This document shows, piece by piece, positions 36,186 through 45,376 of a stretch of 64,000 nt of DNA. The notes under the pieces are model-generated. The model saw nothing but the letters and a program-made list of their open reading frames with translations, was not told the origin of the DNA and searched no databases. Both the position numbers and the translations under genes were made by a program. Position 1 is the stretch's first letter. Each line of letters opens with the position of its first letter. This DNA comes from Thermoplasmata archaeon. GTDB taxonomy: Archaea; Thermoplasmatota; E2; JACPAO01; JAHFTW01. The stretch is taken from the NCBI GenBank assembly GCA_023269235.1, contig JAHFTW010000002.1, forward strand, positions 119,294 through 183,293, in the 5' to 3' direction.

Positions 36186-38402
36186 GTGGCGGAGTGCATC
36201 CCGACCTCGGACCTGCCGTGCCGGGCGAATCTTGACTTGATGCCGGCGGGCACGCCGCTCTGGATGTACGCCCTCACCGCCCTCGCGTTCCTCGTCTTCG
36301 CGTACGGCGTCTACGAGATGGTGAAGGTCTGGCGTCTAGGCAAGGCGTGGAAGCCGGGCGACTGGAAGGTCGGCCTGAAGCGCCTCATCGTGGGACTCGC
36401 CTCCCACCGCAAGTTCCGCCAGGACAAGAAGCCGGGCACGATGCACGCCTGGATCTTCTTCGGGTTCGTGATGCTGTTCATCGGCACCACCATCGTCGCC
36501 ATTGACTACGACCTGTTCGAGCACATCCTTGGCTCCAAGCTCCTCATCGGGAGCAAGTATCTCCTCTTCGAGGCCGTCCTTGACCTGTTCGGCGTCGTCT
36601 TCCTCGCCGGCCTCACGGTCGCCTTCCTTCGCCGCGCCCGCAACCGTCCTGCCCACCTGCACGACACCAAGGTTCCTGAGGCGCGTGGTCTCCTCGGCAA
36701 GCTCGACGCAGACGCGGTCGCGCTCCAGTCGCTGTTCCTCATCGGCATCACCGGGTTCTTGCTCGAGGCGCTGCGTCTGCGCTACCAGGTCCTGCACGAC
36801 GGCATCACGTACGCGAGCTGGAGCTTCGTCGGCAACACCCTCGGCCTCCTGTTCAAAGGCTGGTCGCAGCAGCAGCTCCTCGGCATCTATCCGTATCTGT
36901 GGTACACGCACTTCCTGCTCTGGTCCACGGTGCTCGCCATCCTCCCCTGGACAAAGCTCAAGCACATCGTCACGAGCAGCCTGAACCTGTACTTCCACGA
37001 CCCGAAGCGCCAGAGCCTGCCGCAGCTTCCGACGCCGTTCTCGCTCCAGAAGGTCCTCGAGTCCGGAACGACCGACATCCCGAGCGTCGGGTATGCGACG
37101 ATTCGCGACCTGACGTGGAAGGACCGTCTCAGCCTCGACGCCTGCACCAACTGCGGCCGCTGCGAGGCGCAATGCCCCGCCCACGCCGCGGGCCGTCCCC
37201 TGTCGCCGCGCAAACTCATCCAGGATCTCAAGGCGGAGATGTGGAACGACTACCGCGCTGGGAATGGCAAGGCCGACCACCAACCGCGCAAACTGGCTCA
37301 GGCGGACGGTGTCGGCGCCGCGCTCTCGGAGGCGACTCTCTGGAGCTGCACGACCTGCCGCGCCTGCGTCACCGCGTGCCCCGTGGACATCGAGCACGTG
37401 GACCTCATCACGGAGATGCGGCGCGGCCTCGTCATGGAGTCGCGCCTCGACGAACACCAGCAGAAACTGCTCGTCAACCTCACCAACGCCGGCAACCCGT
37501 ACGGCTTCCCGGCCTCGGACCGCCCGAACTGGATGGCCCAACTGCCCCCCGGCGTCGTCGTGCCCACGGCCGCCGAGAAAGTCGCCGCGGGCCAATCGTT
37601 CGAGTACCTCTGGTGGGTCGGCTGCTCCGGCTCCTATGACCCGCGCAACCAGCAAGTGACGCGCTCCATCGCGACACTGCTCAACGCCGCCAAAGTGGAT
37701 TTCGCCATCCTCGGCGCGGAGGAGCGCTGCAACGGCGACCCCGCGCGCCGCCTCGGCGAGGAGGGCCGCTTCCAGCAGTCCGTCATGGAGAACCTCGCAG
37801 TGCTCCAGAAGTACAACGTGACGAAGGTCATCGCGCAGTGCCCACACTGCTTCAACACGCTGCGCAACGAGTACCCCGAGTTCGGCGCCAAGCTGGAGGT
37901 CGTCCACCACACGCAGCTCCTGGAGCAACTGCTGGAGGCCAAGCGCATTCCGCTCAAGGACGGCAAGCCGCTCGCGGTCACGTACCACGACTCGTGCTAC
38001 CTCATGCGACACAACGGCGTGGCCGACGCGCCGCGCAACGTCCTCAAGCAGGCCAACAACGGCCTCCCCGTGCTGGAGATGGCGCAGAACCGCGAGCAGG
38101 GCCTGTGCTGCGGCGCTGGCGGCTCGAACATGTGGTTCGAGGTCAAGCAAGAGACGGAGCGCATCAACGTGATTCGCGCCAAGCAGGCCATCGCCACCGG
38201 CGCCGACACGGTTGCCACCGCCTGCCCGTTCTGCCTTACCATGATGAGCGACGGCCTCAGCCTCACCGGCCAAGAGGGCAAGATGATGGCGCGCGACCTG
38301 GCCGAGATCGTCGCGGATCACCTGGACTGGACTCCCCCTGCGCCTCCTGCCCCGCCCGCGTCGGCTCCCGTCGAGGCCGCGTCCGGCGGATGGTCTGGAT
38401 AA
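36186..38402 (+). CDS. FadF/HdrED-like membrane Fe-S oxidoreductase (likely ETF:quinone oxidoreductase)
   Basis: NarI-like TM region, CTNCGRCEAQC, CTTCRACVTAC, two CCG domains; beside etfBA. Confidence 0.9.
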   Translation: MAECIPTSDLPCRANLDLMPAGTPLWMYALTALAFLVFAYGVYEMVKVWRLGKAWKPGDWKVGLKRLIVGLASHRKFRQDKKPGTMHAWIFFGFVMLFIGTTIVAIDYDLFEHILGSKLLIGSKYLLFEAVLDLFGVVFLAGLTVAFLRRARNRPAHLHDTKVPEARGLLGKLDADAVALQSLFLIGITGFLLEALRLRYQVLHDGITYASWSFVGNTLGLLFKGWSQQQLLGIYPYLWYTHFLLWSTVLAILPWTKLKHIVTSSLNLYFHDPKRQSLPQLPTPFSLQKVLESGTTDIPSVGYATIRDLTWKDRLSLDACTNCGRCEAQCPAHAAGRPLSPRKLIQDLKAEMWNDYRAGNGKADHQPRKLAQADGVGAALSEATLWSCTTCRACVTACPVDIEHVDLITEMRRGLVMESRLDEHQQKLLVNLTNAGNPYGFPASDRPNWMAQLPPGVVVPTAAEKVAAGQSFEYLWWVGCSGSYDPRNQQVTRSIATLLNAAKVDFAILGAEERCNGDPARRLGEEGRFQQSVMENLAVLQKYNVTKVIAQCPHCFNTLRNEYPEFGAKLEVVHHTQLLEQLLEAKRIPLKDGKPLAVTYHDSCYLMRHNGVADAPRNVLKQANNGLPVLEMAQNREQGLCCGAGGSNMWFEVKQETERINVIRAKQAIATGADTVATACPFCLTMMSDGLSLTGQEGKMMARDLAEIVADHLDWTPPAPPAPPASAPVEAASGGWSG

Positions 38403-38476
38403 AACGGCCCTTTTCGTTGGGGGTTTGCAGGAAACGGCCAGAGGGTTTATCGGCCCAGGATGCCCAAGCTGACCTG

Positions 38477-39799
38477 ATGCGTCCGCTGACCGTGCTGCCT
38501 CTCATTCTGGGCTTGGCCTTGGCTCTCCCGCTCGCCTCGCCGACGGTGGCCGCCGCGTCCACGCCGACGACGCTCTACTTCCACCTCTTCGACACGTTCA
38601 CGGCGTTCCCCATCAACACGCAGCCGCCGAAGGTCTCCTTCTTCGAGGTGGGCGGCACCAGCTTTCCCACCATCGCGAGCCAGGGGTTCCAGTTCAACAC
38701 GGTGCGCGGCTTCGCGACGCCCGGCCCCGTCGAATACGACTTCATCGAGTCGGGCCGGCCGCGCTTCCATTTCGAGCATGGCATCGCCGCCCCCGTCCAG
38801 CTTGACCGGGCGGCCGGCGCGACGGCCTACCTCTACCTCGACGTGCGCGACCTCACCGGCCTCGGCAACGCCCCGAACGCGCTGCCCAGCTTCACCTTCC
38901 ACGTCGCGATGCGAGAGGGCAACGACCTCGGGAACGACGCCCTGCTCGATGGCGGTGCCCTCATCCTGGAGAACTCCATGACCGCCCACGTCGTGGATGC
39001 GACGGCGTGCGTCCCCGACCCCACCACGGACAACCTGGACCCGCTCGTGTGCCAGAGCCTGAACGACGTCCTGCGCGGCCAGGCGTCCCCCGACGGAACC
39101 CCGATTCTTGTGCCGGACGCCGACGGCGTTGTCGAGTTCGCCCTCCCGCTCGACATCGCCTCCGCGACCATCCCGAAGAGCGCCTACAACGTGCGCGTGG
39201 ACTGGTGGCAGAACCCGACAGGAGACGCCCAGCAGGACGGCCAACTCGCCGAGGGCTTCGTCCGCCTCGTCTCCGATGCGACTCACCACCCGCGCATCCA
39301 GCTCAGCGTGCTCAACCCCGTGTACATCGAGTACATCCATCCCGAGGTGGCCGCCGGCATCCTGCTCATCCACACCGCCGTCAACTCCCCGTTCGGGACC
39401 TACGACGTGGACGTGCGCAACATGACCGTCAGCGTCACCGGGCCCAGCACACCGGCCAAGCTGCAACAGGTCGTGAGCCAAGGCGCCCACGTGCACAATC
39501 TGCACGACAAGCCCGCCGAGGTGACCTGGCTGTGGCGGTACCGCGAAGAGGGCGCCAAGCTCGGCGACTACAAAGTCGAGCTCAAGGTCCCCAACCTCGC
39601 GGGCACCGCCACCATCGTGGACAGCGCCGGCTTCACCGTGCAGGCCGACAAGGCGTTCGGCGTGGACCAGAACGGCAACGTCGTCACCAACACGAACGCC
39701 CCCACCGACTCCAAGAGCTCTCCCGCCGCCGGCATCCTGGTCGTGGCCGTGCTCGCCGGATGCGCCCTGCTTGCCCGCCGCAAAGGGGGCCCCGCATGA
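38477..39799 (+). CDS. Secreted surface protein with C-terminal TM anchor
   Basis: Signal peptide; KSSPAAG-hydrophobic-RRK tail. Confidence 0.75.
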   Translation: MRPLTVLPLILGLALALPLASPTVAAASTPTTLYFHLFDTFTAFPINTQPPKVSFFEVGGTSFPTIASQGFQFNTVRGFATPGPVEYDFIESGRPRFHFEHGIAAPVQLDRAAGATAYLYLDVRDLTGLGNAPNALPSFTFHVAMREGNDLGNDALLDGGALILENSMTAHVVDATACVPDPTTDNLDPLVCQSLNDVLRGQASPDGTPILVPDADGVVEFALPLDIASATIPKSAYNVRVDWWQNPTGDAQQDGQLAEGFVRLVSDATHHPRIQLSVLNPVYIEYIHPEVAAGILLIHTAVNSPFGTYDVDVRNMTVSVTGPSTPAKLQQVVSQGAHVHNLHDKPAEVTWLWRYREEGAKLGDYKVELKVPNLAGTATIVDSAGFTVQADKAFGVDQNGNVVTNTNAPTDSKSSPAAGILVVAVLAGCALLARRKGGPA

Positions 39800-40677
39800 G
39801 CCGCCTCCTGGTCGTGGCACTCCTCGCCGGGATGCTCCTCGCCGGGTGCGGGAGCCCCGACAACCCCCAGGCAACCAACGGCAGCCAACCGCCCATCGAG
39901 GCCGGCAAGGGCGCCATCAGCGGCCTCCTCATCGACGACGTGTACCGCCCCATCGCGAAGGCGCTCATCCTCGTCCAGGGCGCCGGCCTCACCGCCACCA
40001 CCGACGACGCCGGCCAGTTCACCCTCCTCAACCTCAACCCCGGCGCCTACATCCTCGTGATGCAGGCCGACGGCTTCGAGGCCGCGCCCAAGAACGTGGA
40101 CGTCAAGGAGGGCCTCTACAATCCCGTGGAGTACCAGGCCCGCCGCATCGTCAACCAGGGCAGCCAGATCCTCACGGAAGAATACTCGGTCTTCATCCCC
40201 TGCACGTTCGCCGTGCCCGTGGCGGGCTGGGTGACGTTCAACTGCGTTCTGGACCTGTCCGGCGACTCCTTCCGCTCCAGCACCGACCCGCTCAACTACA
40301 GCGCGTTCCCGGATCTGACCTATCTCGTGGCCGAGGCCAAGATGAACCGCGTGGGCAGCTACAACTTCGTCGTGCGTCCCCCCGGTTCAGACGTCAACGG
40401 CACCTCCTACGGGGACGCCGTCGTGCAGGACACGGACTACGCAAAGGTCATCCTGAAGAAGAACGAGTTGAACCCGGGCGGGAACATCCCGTGGTACAAC
40501 CACAAGACGCTCGAGGCCGCCCTCTTCGTGAGCGGCCAGATCCCCGTCAGCCCTGACCCGGGTTTCCCCAACGGCGGCCCTGGCCTGGGGGCCAACGTCG
40601 CCGTGCGGGCGACCATCATCGTGTCGGTCTTCCTCGGCCTGCCGACGGTGGACGTCGAGAGTTATCACCTCCTGTAG
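39796..40677 (+). CDS. Lipoprotein with carboxypeptidase-regulatory-like domain
   Basis: Lipobox LAGC; GAISG..PIAKA..TDDAGQF..LNPGAY. Confidence 0.82.
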   Translation: MSRLLVVALLAGMLLAGCGSPDNPQATNGSQPPIEAGKGAISGLLIDDVYRPIAKALILVQGAGLTATTDDAGQFTLLNLNPGAYILVMQADGFEAAPKNVDVKEGLYNPVEYQARRIVNQGSQILTEEYSVFIPCTFAVPVAGWVTFNCVLDLSGDSFRSSTDPLNYSAFPDLTYLVAEAKMNRVGSYNFVVRPPGSDVNGTSYGDAVVQDTDYAKVILKKNELNPGGNIPWYNHKTLEAALFVSGQIPVSPDPGFPNGGPGLGANVAVRATIIVSVFLGLPTVDVESYHLL

Positions 40678-40793
40678 GACCGCCCCCGCGGCGGCGCCAG
40701 GTTCAAAGACCCCCCGGAAGTCGGCCGGTCGTCAAGGGGGACCGGGACACATCGGCCCGGCAGGCAATGCCACCCCGGGCACCGGCGCGTTCC

Positions 40794-40866
40794 GGGGAGA
40801 TACCAAAGCGGCTATGGGCGGGACTGCAGATCCCGTTTTACGGGGGTTCGAATCCCTCTCTCCCCT
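40794..40866 (+). tRNA. tRNA-Cys(GCA)
   Basis: GGGGAGA/TCTCCCC acceptor, CGGGA-CTGCAGA-TCCCG, TTCGAAT, U73. Confidence 0.92.
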
Positions 40867-40871
40867 CTGCC

Positions 40872-41681
40872 ATGCTTGGCCAATGCCGCACCCATGGATA
40901 CTACCGCGGGGAGTCGTGCCCCCTCTGCGACCAGCCTGGTCGTCTCCTGATGAAGGACTTCGAGATTGACCGCGTCGGCCGCATGATGGCCGGCATCCTG
41001 CGCCATTTCCCGGAGCGCTTCGGCCTCCAGATGGACGGCCGCGGCTGGGTGGACCTCGACGGCTTCGTCGCCTCCATCCAGCAGAGCCGCGACAACTACC
41101 GCCGCTGGCTGCGCCGCGAGCACATCGAGGCCCTCGTCGAGACCGACGAGAAAGGCCGCTACCAGATCGACGGCGGCATGGTGCGCGCCACCTACGCCCA
41201 CTCCGTCAAGGTCAACCTCGACGACCTGCCCGAGTGCACCCTGGAGACCCTCTACTTCCCTGTCAGCGAAGAGGAGATGGACTTGGTCCTCGAGACCGGC
41301 CTGCGCCCGTCGGACCGCGACAAGATCCACCTCTCCAGCACGCCCGACAAGGCGTACTCGGCCGGGCGCGTCCACATCGCGGACCCCATCCTGCTCGCCA
41401 TCAACGTCAAGAAGGCCTCGGACGCGGGGAACTTCATCTTCCGCGCCGGAAAGACCGTCTACATCACGGACGCCGTCGAGCCCGAGCACCTCAGCAAGTT
41501 CGACGACGCCGAGGCCATGGCCAAACTCCAGGAGGAGTTCGGCACCTCGAAGTCCGACGACGAGAAGAAGGCCCGCGAAGACGCTGCGCGCAAGGAGGAA
41601 GACGCCAAGATGGCGGCGCGCAGCGAGGAAGAGGGCGGCCCCGCGAAGGCCGACTCCGACGACGACGCGGACGACGAATAG
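40872..41681 (+). CDS. kptA: RNA 2'-phosphotransferase (KptA/Tpt1)
   Basis: CRTHGYYRGESCPLC, ILRHFP, KGRYQ, RATYAHS, IHLS. Confidence 0.93.
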   Translation: MLGQCRTHGYYRGESCPLCDQPGRLLMKDFEIDRVGRMMAGILRHFPERFGLQMDGRGWVDLDGFVASIQQSRDNYRRWLRREHIEALVETDEKGRYQIDGGMVRATYAHSVKVNLDDLPECTLETLYFPVSEEEMDLVLETGLRPSDRDKIHLSSTPDKAYSAGRVHIADPILLAINVKKASDAGNFIFRAGKTVYITDAVEPEHLSKFDDAEAMAKLQEEFGTSKSDDEKKAREDAARKEEDAKMAARSEEEGGPAKADSDDDADDE

Positions 41682-41760
41682 AATCCCCTTCTGGCGAACC
41701 GCCGGCGCGACCCTAGCCCTTATCTAGAAGTCGTTTGTCGCGCGGTTCGCCGCAAGGCAT

Positions 41761-41836
41761 GGGCGATTAGCCGAGACAGGTAAATGGCAGCGGACTCTTA
41801 ATCCGCTATCCACCGGTTCGAATCCGGTATCGCCCG
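41761..41836 (+). tRNA. tRNA-Lys(CUU)
   Basis: GGGCGAT/ATCGCCC acceptor, GCGGA-CTCTTAA-TCCGC, ACCGG-TTCGAAT-CCGGT. Confidence 0.92.
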
Positions 41837-41974
41837 CTCGCACAAGTGCGAGCTGCCGAGCGCCACGAGCGCTTGTGCGCTCGTGGCTATCGCCCGCTCA
41901 TTCGCTCACGCACGAAGCGGCCGAGCGCCTGGAGCCGCCGTCGCGCCGCTCCTCTGCTCCCGGCTATCGCCCGC
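41828..41974 (+). repeat. Three copies of tRNA-Lys 3' end TATCGCCCGC separated by hairpin units
   Basis: Copies at 41828, 41888, 41965; stems 41862-41887 and 41927-41964. Confidence 0.8.
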
Positions 41975-42029
41975 CAGGGGCCCGCCCCTGGACCCCATTG
42001 TATTTGTGGGCGAACAGGCACGCGGCGTC

Positions 42030-43193
42030 GTGGCCTTCACGAAGACCGAGCGCGGCCTCATCGCGGGCGCGTCGTTCCTGGTGTTCACCCGCGTCTTCGC
42101 GTTCAGCCTCACCACGCTGGGGTTCACGGAGTACGCGCGCGGCCTCGTCCCCGCCGGCACTGATGCGGCCACGGCGAGCCTGTGGGCCGGCGTCGCGTTG
42201 GGCGCCTACGGAGTCACGATGGCCCTCGCCCAGCTCGCCGCGGGCTGGCTCTCCGACCGCGTCGGCCGCCGCACCGTCCTCCTGGGCGGTTCCCTGCTGT
42301 TCGTGCTGGGGGGCGTCCTCTGTGCGACCGCCACTACGGTTCCCTTCCTCGTCCTCGGCCGCCTCGTCGCGGGTCTCGGCGGGGTGTCGAGCGTCGCGAT
42401 GGCCGCCGTCGGCGAGACCGTCCCCGACGAGCGCCGCACGCGCGCCATGGCGATGGTGGGTGTCCCCGCCGGCCTCGGCGTCTTCCTCGGCTTCATCGTC
42501 GGCCCCCCCGTCGCGGCCGCGTTCGGGTTCACGACCCTGTTCTGGTGCACGGCGGCCCTCGGCCTGCTGGCGGCCCTCCCGTCGATGCGCGCGATGCCCG
42601 CCCCACTGCCCGGCCTCGCCACGCCGAACCGCAGCTTGAGCGCCCCGGTTCTCGCCCTCGGGCTGGCGGGCTTCAGCATCAACTTCGCCATGAACACCGT
42701 CATGTTCGACTTCCAGAGCGGCGTCCTCACACGCATCGGGGAGACCGCCCTGGCGCTCATCCTGGTCGCGGCCCTCGTCATCATGGGTGGCATCAGCCGC
42801 CGCATGGACAAAGGCGGCCTGGCCCACGTCGCCATCGCCTCCGCACTGGCCCTGCTCGCCCTCGCGGCGCCGACGTTCCGGCTCGCGGGCACCTGGTGGA
42901 TCGTGGTGGCGGCCGGCGTGGCCTTCTTCGCCGCCCACGCCACCCTCTCCGCCGTCCTGCCGAGCCAGGTGAGCCGCCTCGCCGGCCGTTCCGGAGGCCT
43001 CGGCCACGGCATCCAGCTCGTGATGGCCTACTTGGGCTCCGCCGTGGGTGGCCTCGTCGCCGGCCGCTTCGCGGGCGGCCTCGCCCCCGCCTTCGAGGGG
43101 CTCGCGGTCCTCGCCGGCCTCGCCGCCGTCCTGGCCCTCCGGACCCTGGCCCGCCGGGAACCGTCCCCCGCGAGCGCGGTTCCCCAACCTTGA
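42030..43193 (+). CDS. MFS transporter (YajR-like)
   Basis: GWLSDRVGRR motif A, GRLVAG, about 12 TM. Confidence 0.9.
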   Translation: MAFTKTERGLIAGASFLVFTRVFAFSLTTLGFTEYARGLVPAGTDAATASLWAGVALGAYGVTMALAQLAAGWLSDRVGRRTVLLGGSLLFVLGGVLCATATTVPFLVLGRLVAGLGGVSSVAMAAVGETVPDERRTRAMAMVGVPAGLGVFLGFIVGPPVAAAFGFTTLFWCTAALGLLAALPSMRAMPAPLPGLATPNRSLSAPVLALGLAGFSINFAMNTVMFDFQSGVLTRIGETALALILVAALVIMGGISRRMDKGGLAHVAIASALALLALAAPTFRLAGTWWIVVAAGVAFFAAHATLSAVLPSQVSRLAGRSGGLGHGIQLVMAYLGSAVGGLVAGRFAGGLAPAFEGLAVLAGLAAVLALRTLARREPSPASAVPQP

Positions 43194-43218
43194 AATCAAC
43201 GGGGGACTGGACCCGGCC

Positions 43219-43827
43219 ATGGAGCAGCGCATTCCCCTGCTGCGGCGCCTCGGACTGCTCAGCGTGGGCCTGACCATCCTCCTCATGGTGCTGGGTGCCT
43301 GGGTGAAGGCCAACGGGGCCGGACTCTCCTGCCCGGACTGGCCTGCCTGCTACGGCAAGCTCCTCCCCCCGTTCCCGAGCTACGAGAACGGCGGAACCTG
43401 GCACGGCCAGCCCGTCCTCTACTCACAGGCCCAGGAGCTCTACGAGTGGGGCCACCGCGCCGTCGTGAGCCTACTGTTTGTCCCGCTCGCGGCCTTCGCC
43501 CTCGTCGCCGCGTTCGGCAAGACGCTGCGCCCTGCTCTGCGCTGGCTCCCGCTCGCGGCGCTCGGCCTCTACTTCTTCCAGGCCTTCCTTGGAGCCGTCA
43601 CCGTCCTGACGGGCAACCCGCCGTGGGCGACGACGTTCCACCTGGCCACCGCGGTCGCGTTCCTGACGACGCAGCTCGTCGCGACCTGCGCCGCCTACTT
43701 CGCGCCCACCGCCCCGACCCGCCTGGAGCCCACGACGCCGACGGCGGCCGCCCCCGGCCTGGTGCAGCCGCGCGCCTTCACCGGCTACACGTGGGCCGAC
43801 TCTCGCCCGCCGGAGAAGAATGGCTAG
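43219..43827 (+). CDS. ctaA: Heme A synthase (short COX15/CtaA type)
   Basis: GLSCPDWPACYG, EWGHR, QAFLGA, H in TTFHL. Confidence 0.88.
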   Translation: MEQRIPLLRRLGLLSVGLTILLMVLGAWVKANGAGLSCPDWPACYGKLLPPFPSYENGGTWHGQPVLYSQAQELYEWGHRAVVSLLFVPLAAFALVAAFGKTLRPALRWLPLAALGLYFFQAFLGAVTVLTGNPPWATTFHLATAVAFLTTQLVATCAAYFAPTAPTRLEPTTPTAAAPGLVQPRAFTGYTWADSRPPEKNG

Positions 43828-44707
43828 CCGCGCCGCGGATCTCTGGGCCATCAGCAAGCCCCGCATCCTCTACCTCCTGCTCGTCGTGGCCTGGAGCGCC
43901 ATGTTCGTCGCCGCGCGCGGCTGGCCCGACGGGAAGGCCTTCCTGGCCGTCACGCTCGCCGGCGCCTTCTCGGTCGCCTCCTCGGGCGCCTTCAACCACG
44001 TCCTCGAGCGCCACCGCGACGCGCGCATGAAGCGCACCGCCGACCGCCCGGTCGCATCCGGCCGCCTCGCGGTCCGCCACGCGGTCGCGTACGGCCTCGT
44101 CACGGGCGCGCTCTCGTTCGCGAGCCTCGCTGTCCTCCAGCTCTGGGTCGCTGCGGCCCTCACCGTCGCGGCGATTCTCTACTACGTGGTCATCTACACG
44201 ATCCTCCTCAAGCCAGCGACGCCGCAGAACATCGTCATCGGCGGCCTCGCCGGCTCCTTCCCCGCCCTCATCGGCTGGGCCGCGCAGACCGGCGGCCTTG
44301 GCTGGCCCGCCGTGCTCCCGGCCCTCGTCCTCGCCCTGCTCGTCTTCCTCTGGACGCCTGCCCACTTCTGGGCGCTCGCGCTGCTGTACAAGGAGGACTA
44401 CGCCGCCGCGGAGTACCCGATGATGCCCAACGTGCGCGGCGAGACGAGCACGCGCCGCCAGGTCGTCGTGTACGCCATCCTCACCGCCCTGTGCAGCGGC
44501 GCGGTCCTGGTCGTCTACCGCGGCGGTTGGACCTACCTCGTCGCGGCCGCGGCGCTTGGAGCCTGGCTCGTGGCGCGCGCCGTGCGGATGCACCAGGCGC
44601 CCTCGCCGAAGGCGTACCGCTCGTTCTTCTTCCTCACCATTCAGTACCTCGGCCTCCTGCTGGTCGCCCTGATGGTGGACCAGGCGGGCCCGCGCCTTCC
44701 GTTCTGA
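43820..44707 (+). CDS. ctaB: Heme O synthase (protoheme IX farnesyltransferase)
   Basis: KPRI, DARMKRTADRP, QNIVIGG, WTPAHFWAL, DYAAA.YPM. Confidence 0.95.
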   Translation: MASRAADLWAISKPRILYLLLVVAWSAMFVAARGWPDGKAFLAVTLAGAFSVASSGAFNHVLERHRDARMKRTADRPVASGRLAVRHAVAYGLVTGALSFASLAVLQLWVAAALTVAAILYYVVIYTILLKPATPQNIVIGGLAGSFPALIGWAAQTGGLGWPAVLPALVLALLVFLWTPAHFWALALLYKEDYAAAEYPMMPNVRGETSTRRQVVVYAILTALCSGAVLVVYRGGWTYLVAAAALGAWLVARAVRMHQAPSPKAYRSFFFLTIQYLGLLLVALMVDQAGPRLPF

Positions 44708-44746
44708 AGCCTCGCCGCTTTTGAGGGGATGGCTGCATGGGCGCGC

Positions 44747-45289
44747 ATGGCCCGCATCGACGCCGCGGAGGACAGCATCGTGGTTGCACGCTCCCTCATC
44801 GAGGAGGGGCGAGTGGACCTCGTGGTGCCCCGCCTTGCCCCGGTGCGCGTCGCCGTCGGCCAGCGCCTTGTCCTGGCGCACGTCTACGACCTGGTCGAGG
44901 CGAGCCCAAAACACGAGACGTTCGGGTTCGGCATCGCCGCCACGACGCCAGGCGAGCCGCCAAAGAAGGGACGCTCCATCGTGCAGGATCGTCCCATGGT
45001 CCACGATGACATCAAAGGCGCCGTCAGTGTCGCGTACCGGTTCGCTGAGCCCGGGCGCCGCACGGTGCGCCTCACGTTCTGGACTGAGTACCGCATCGGA
45101 GCGTGGGCGCGCGCGCCCGCGACGGGCGAGCGCCGCGAGGCGTCCGGAAGCCTGACCGTGGTCGTCGAGGGTCCGACCAAGGCCGCCCCGGCCCGGCCCG
45201 CGAAGAAGGCGGCGAAGGCCAAACCGGCCAAGACGACGCGCAAGGCGGCCCGGAAGCCGGCACGCACAACCAGCCGCAAGCGGACCTAA
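44747..45289 (+). CDS. Hypothetical beta-rich protein with Lys/Ala-rich tail
   Basis: Paralog of 45377..45820. Confidence 0.7.
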   Translation: MARIDAAEDSIVVARSLIEEGRVDLVVPRLAPVRVAVGQRLVLAHVYDLVEASPKHETFGFGIAATTPGEPPKKGRSIVQDRPMVHDDIKGAVSVAYRFAEPGRRTVRLTFWTEYRIGAWARAPATGERREASGSLTVVVEGPTKAAPARPAKKAAKAKPAKTTRKAARKPARTTSRKRT

Positions 45290-45376
45290 ACCGGTTCACC
45301 TTTGACCCGCCGACAAACCTAGTCAGATGGGAACCTTCCCCCGCGCTTGAAGAGGGGCGCGACGGCATTCCTGCCC

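Noticed and set aside
40709-40793. 5S rRNA or SRP RNA upstream of tRNA-Cys
   Set aside because: Too short and lacks the conserved motifs.
41828-41974. CRISPR interpretation of the tRNA-Lys repeats
   Set aside because: Repeat is only 10-13 bp, derives from the tRNA end, spacing is unequal and no cas genes are present.
45266-45325. Possible further 3'-end duplication (RKRT* versus RRQT*)
   Set aside because: Similarity too weak and no abutting hairpin or shared motif.
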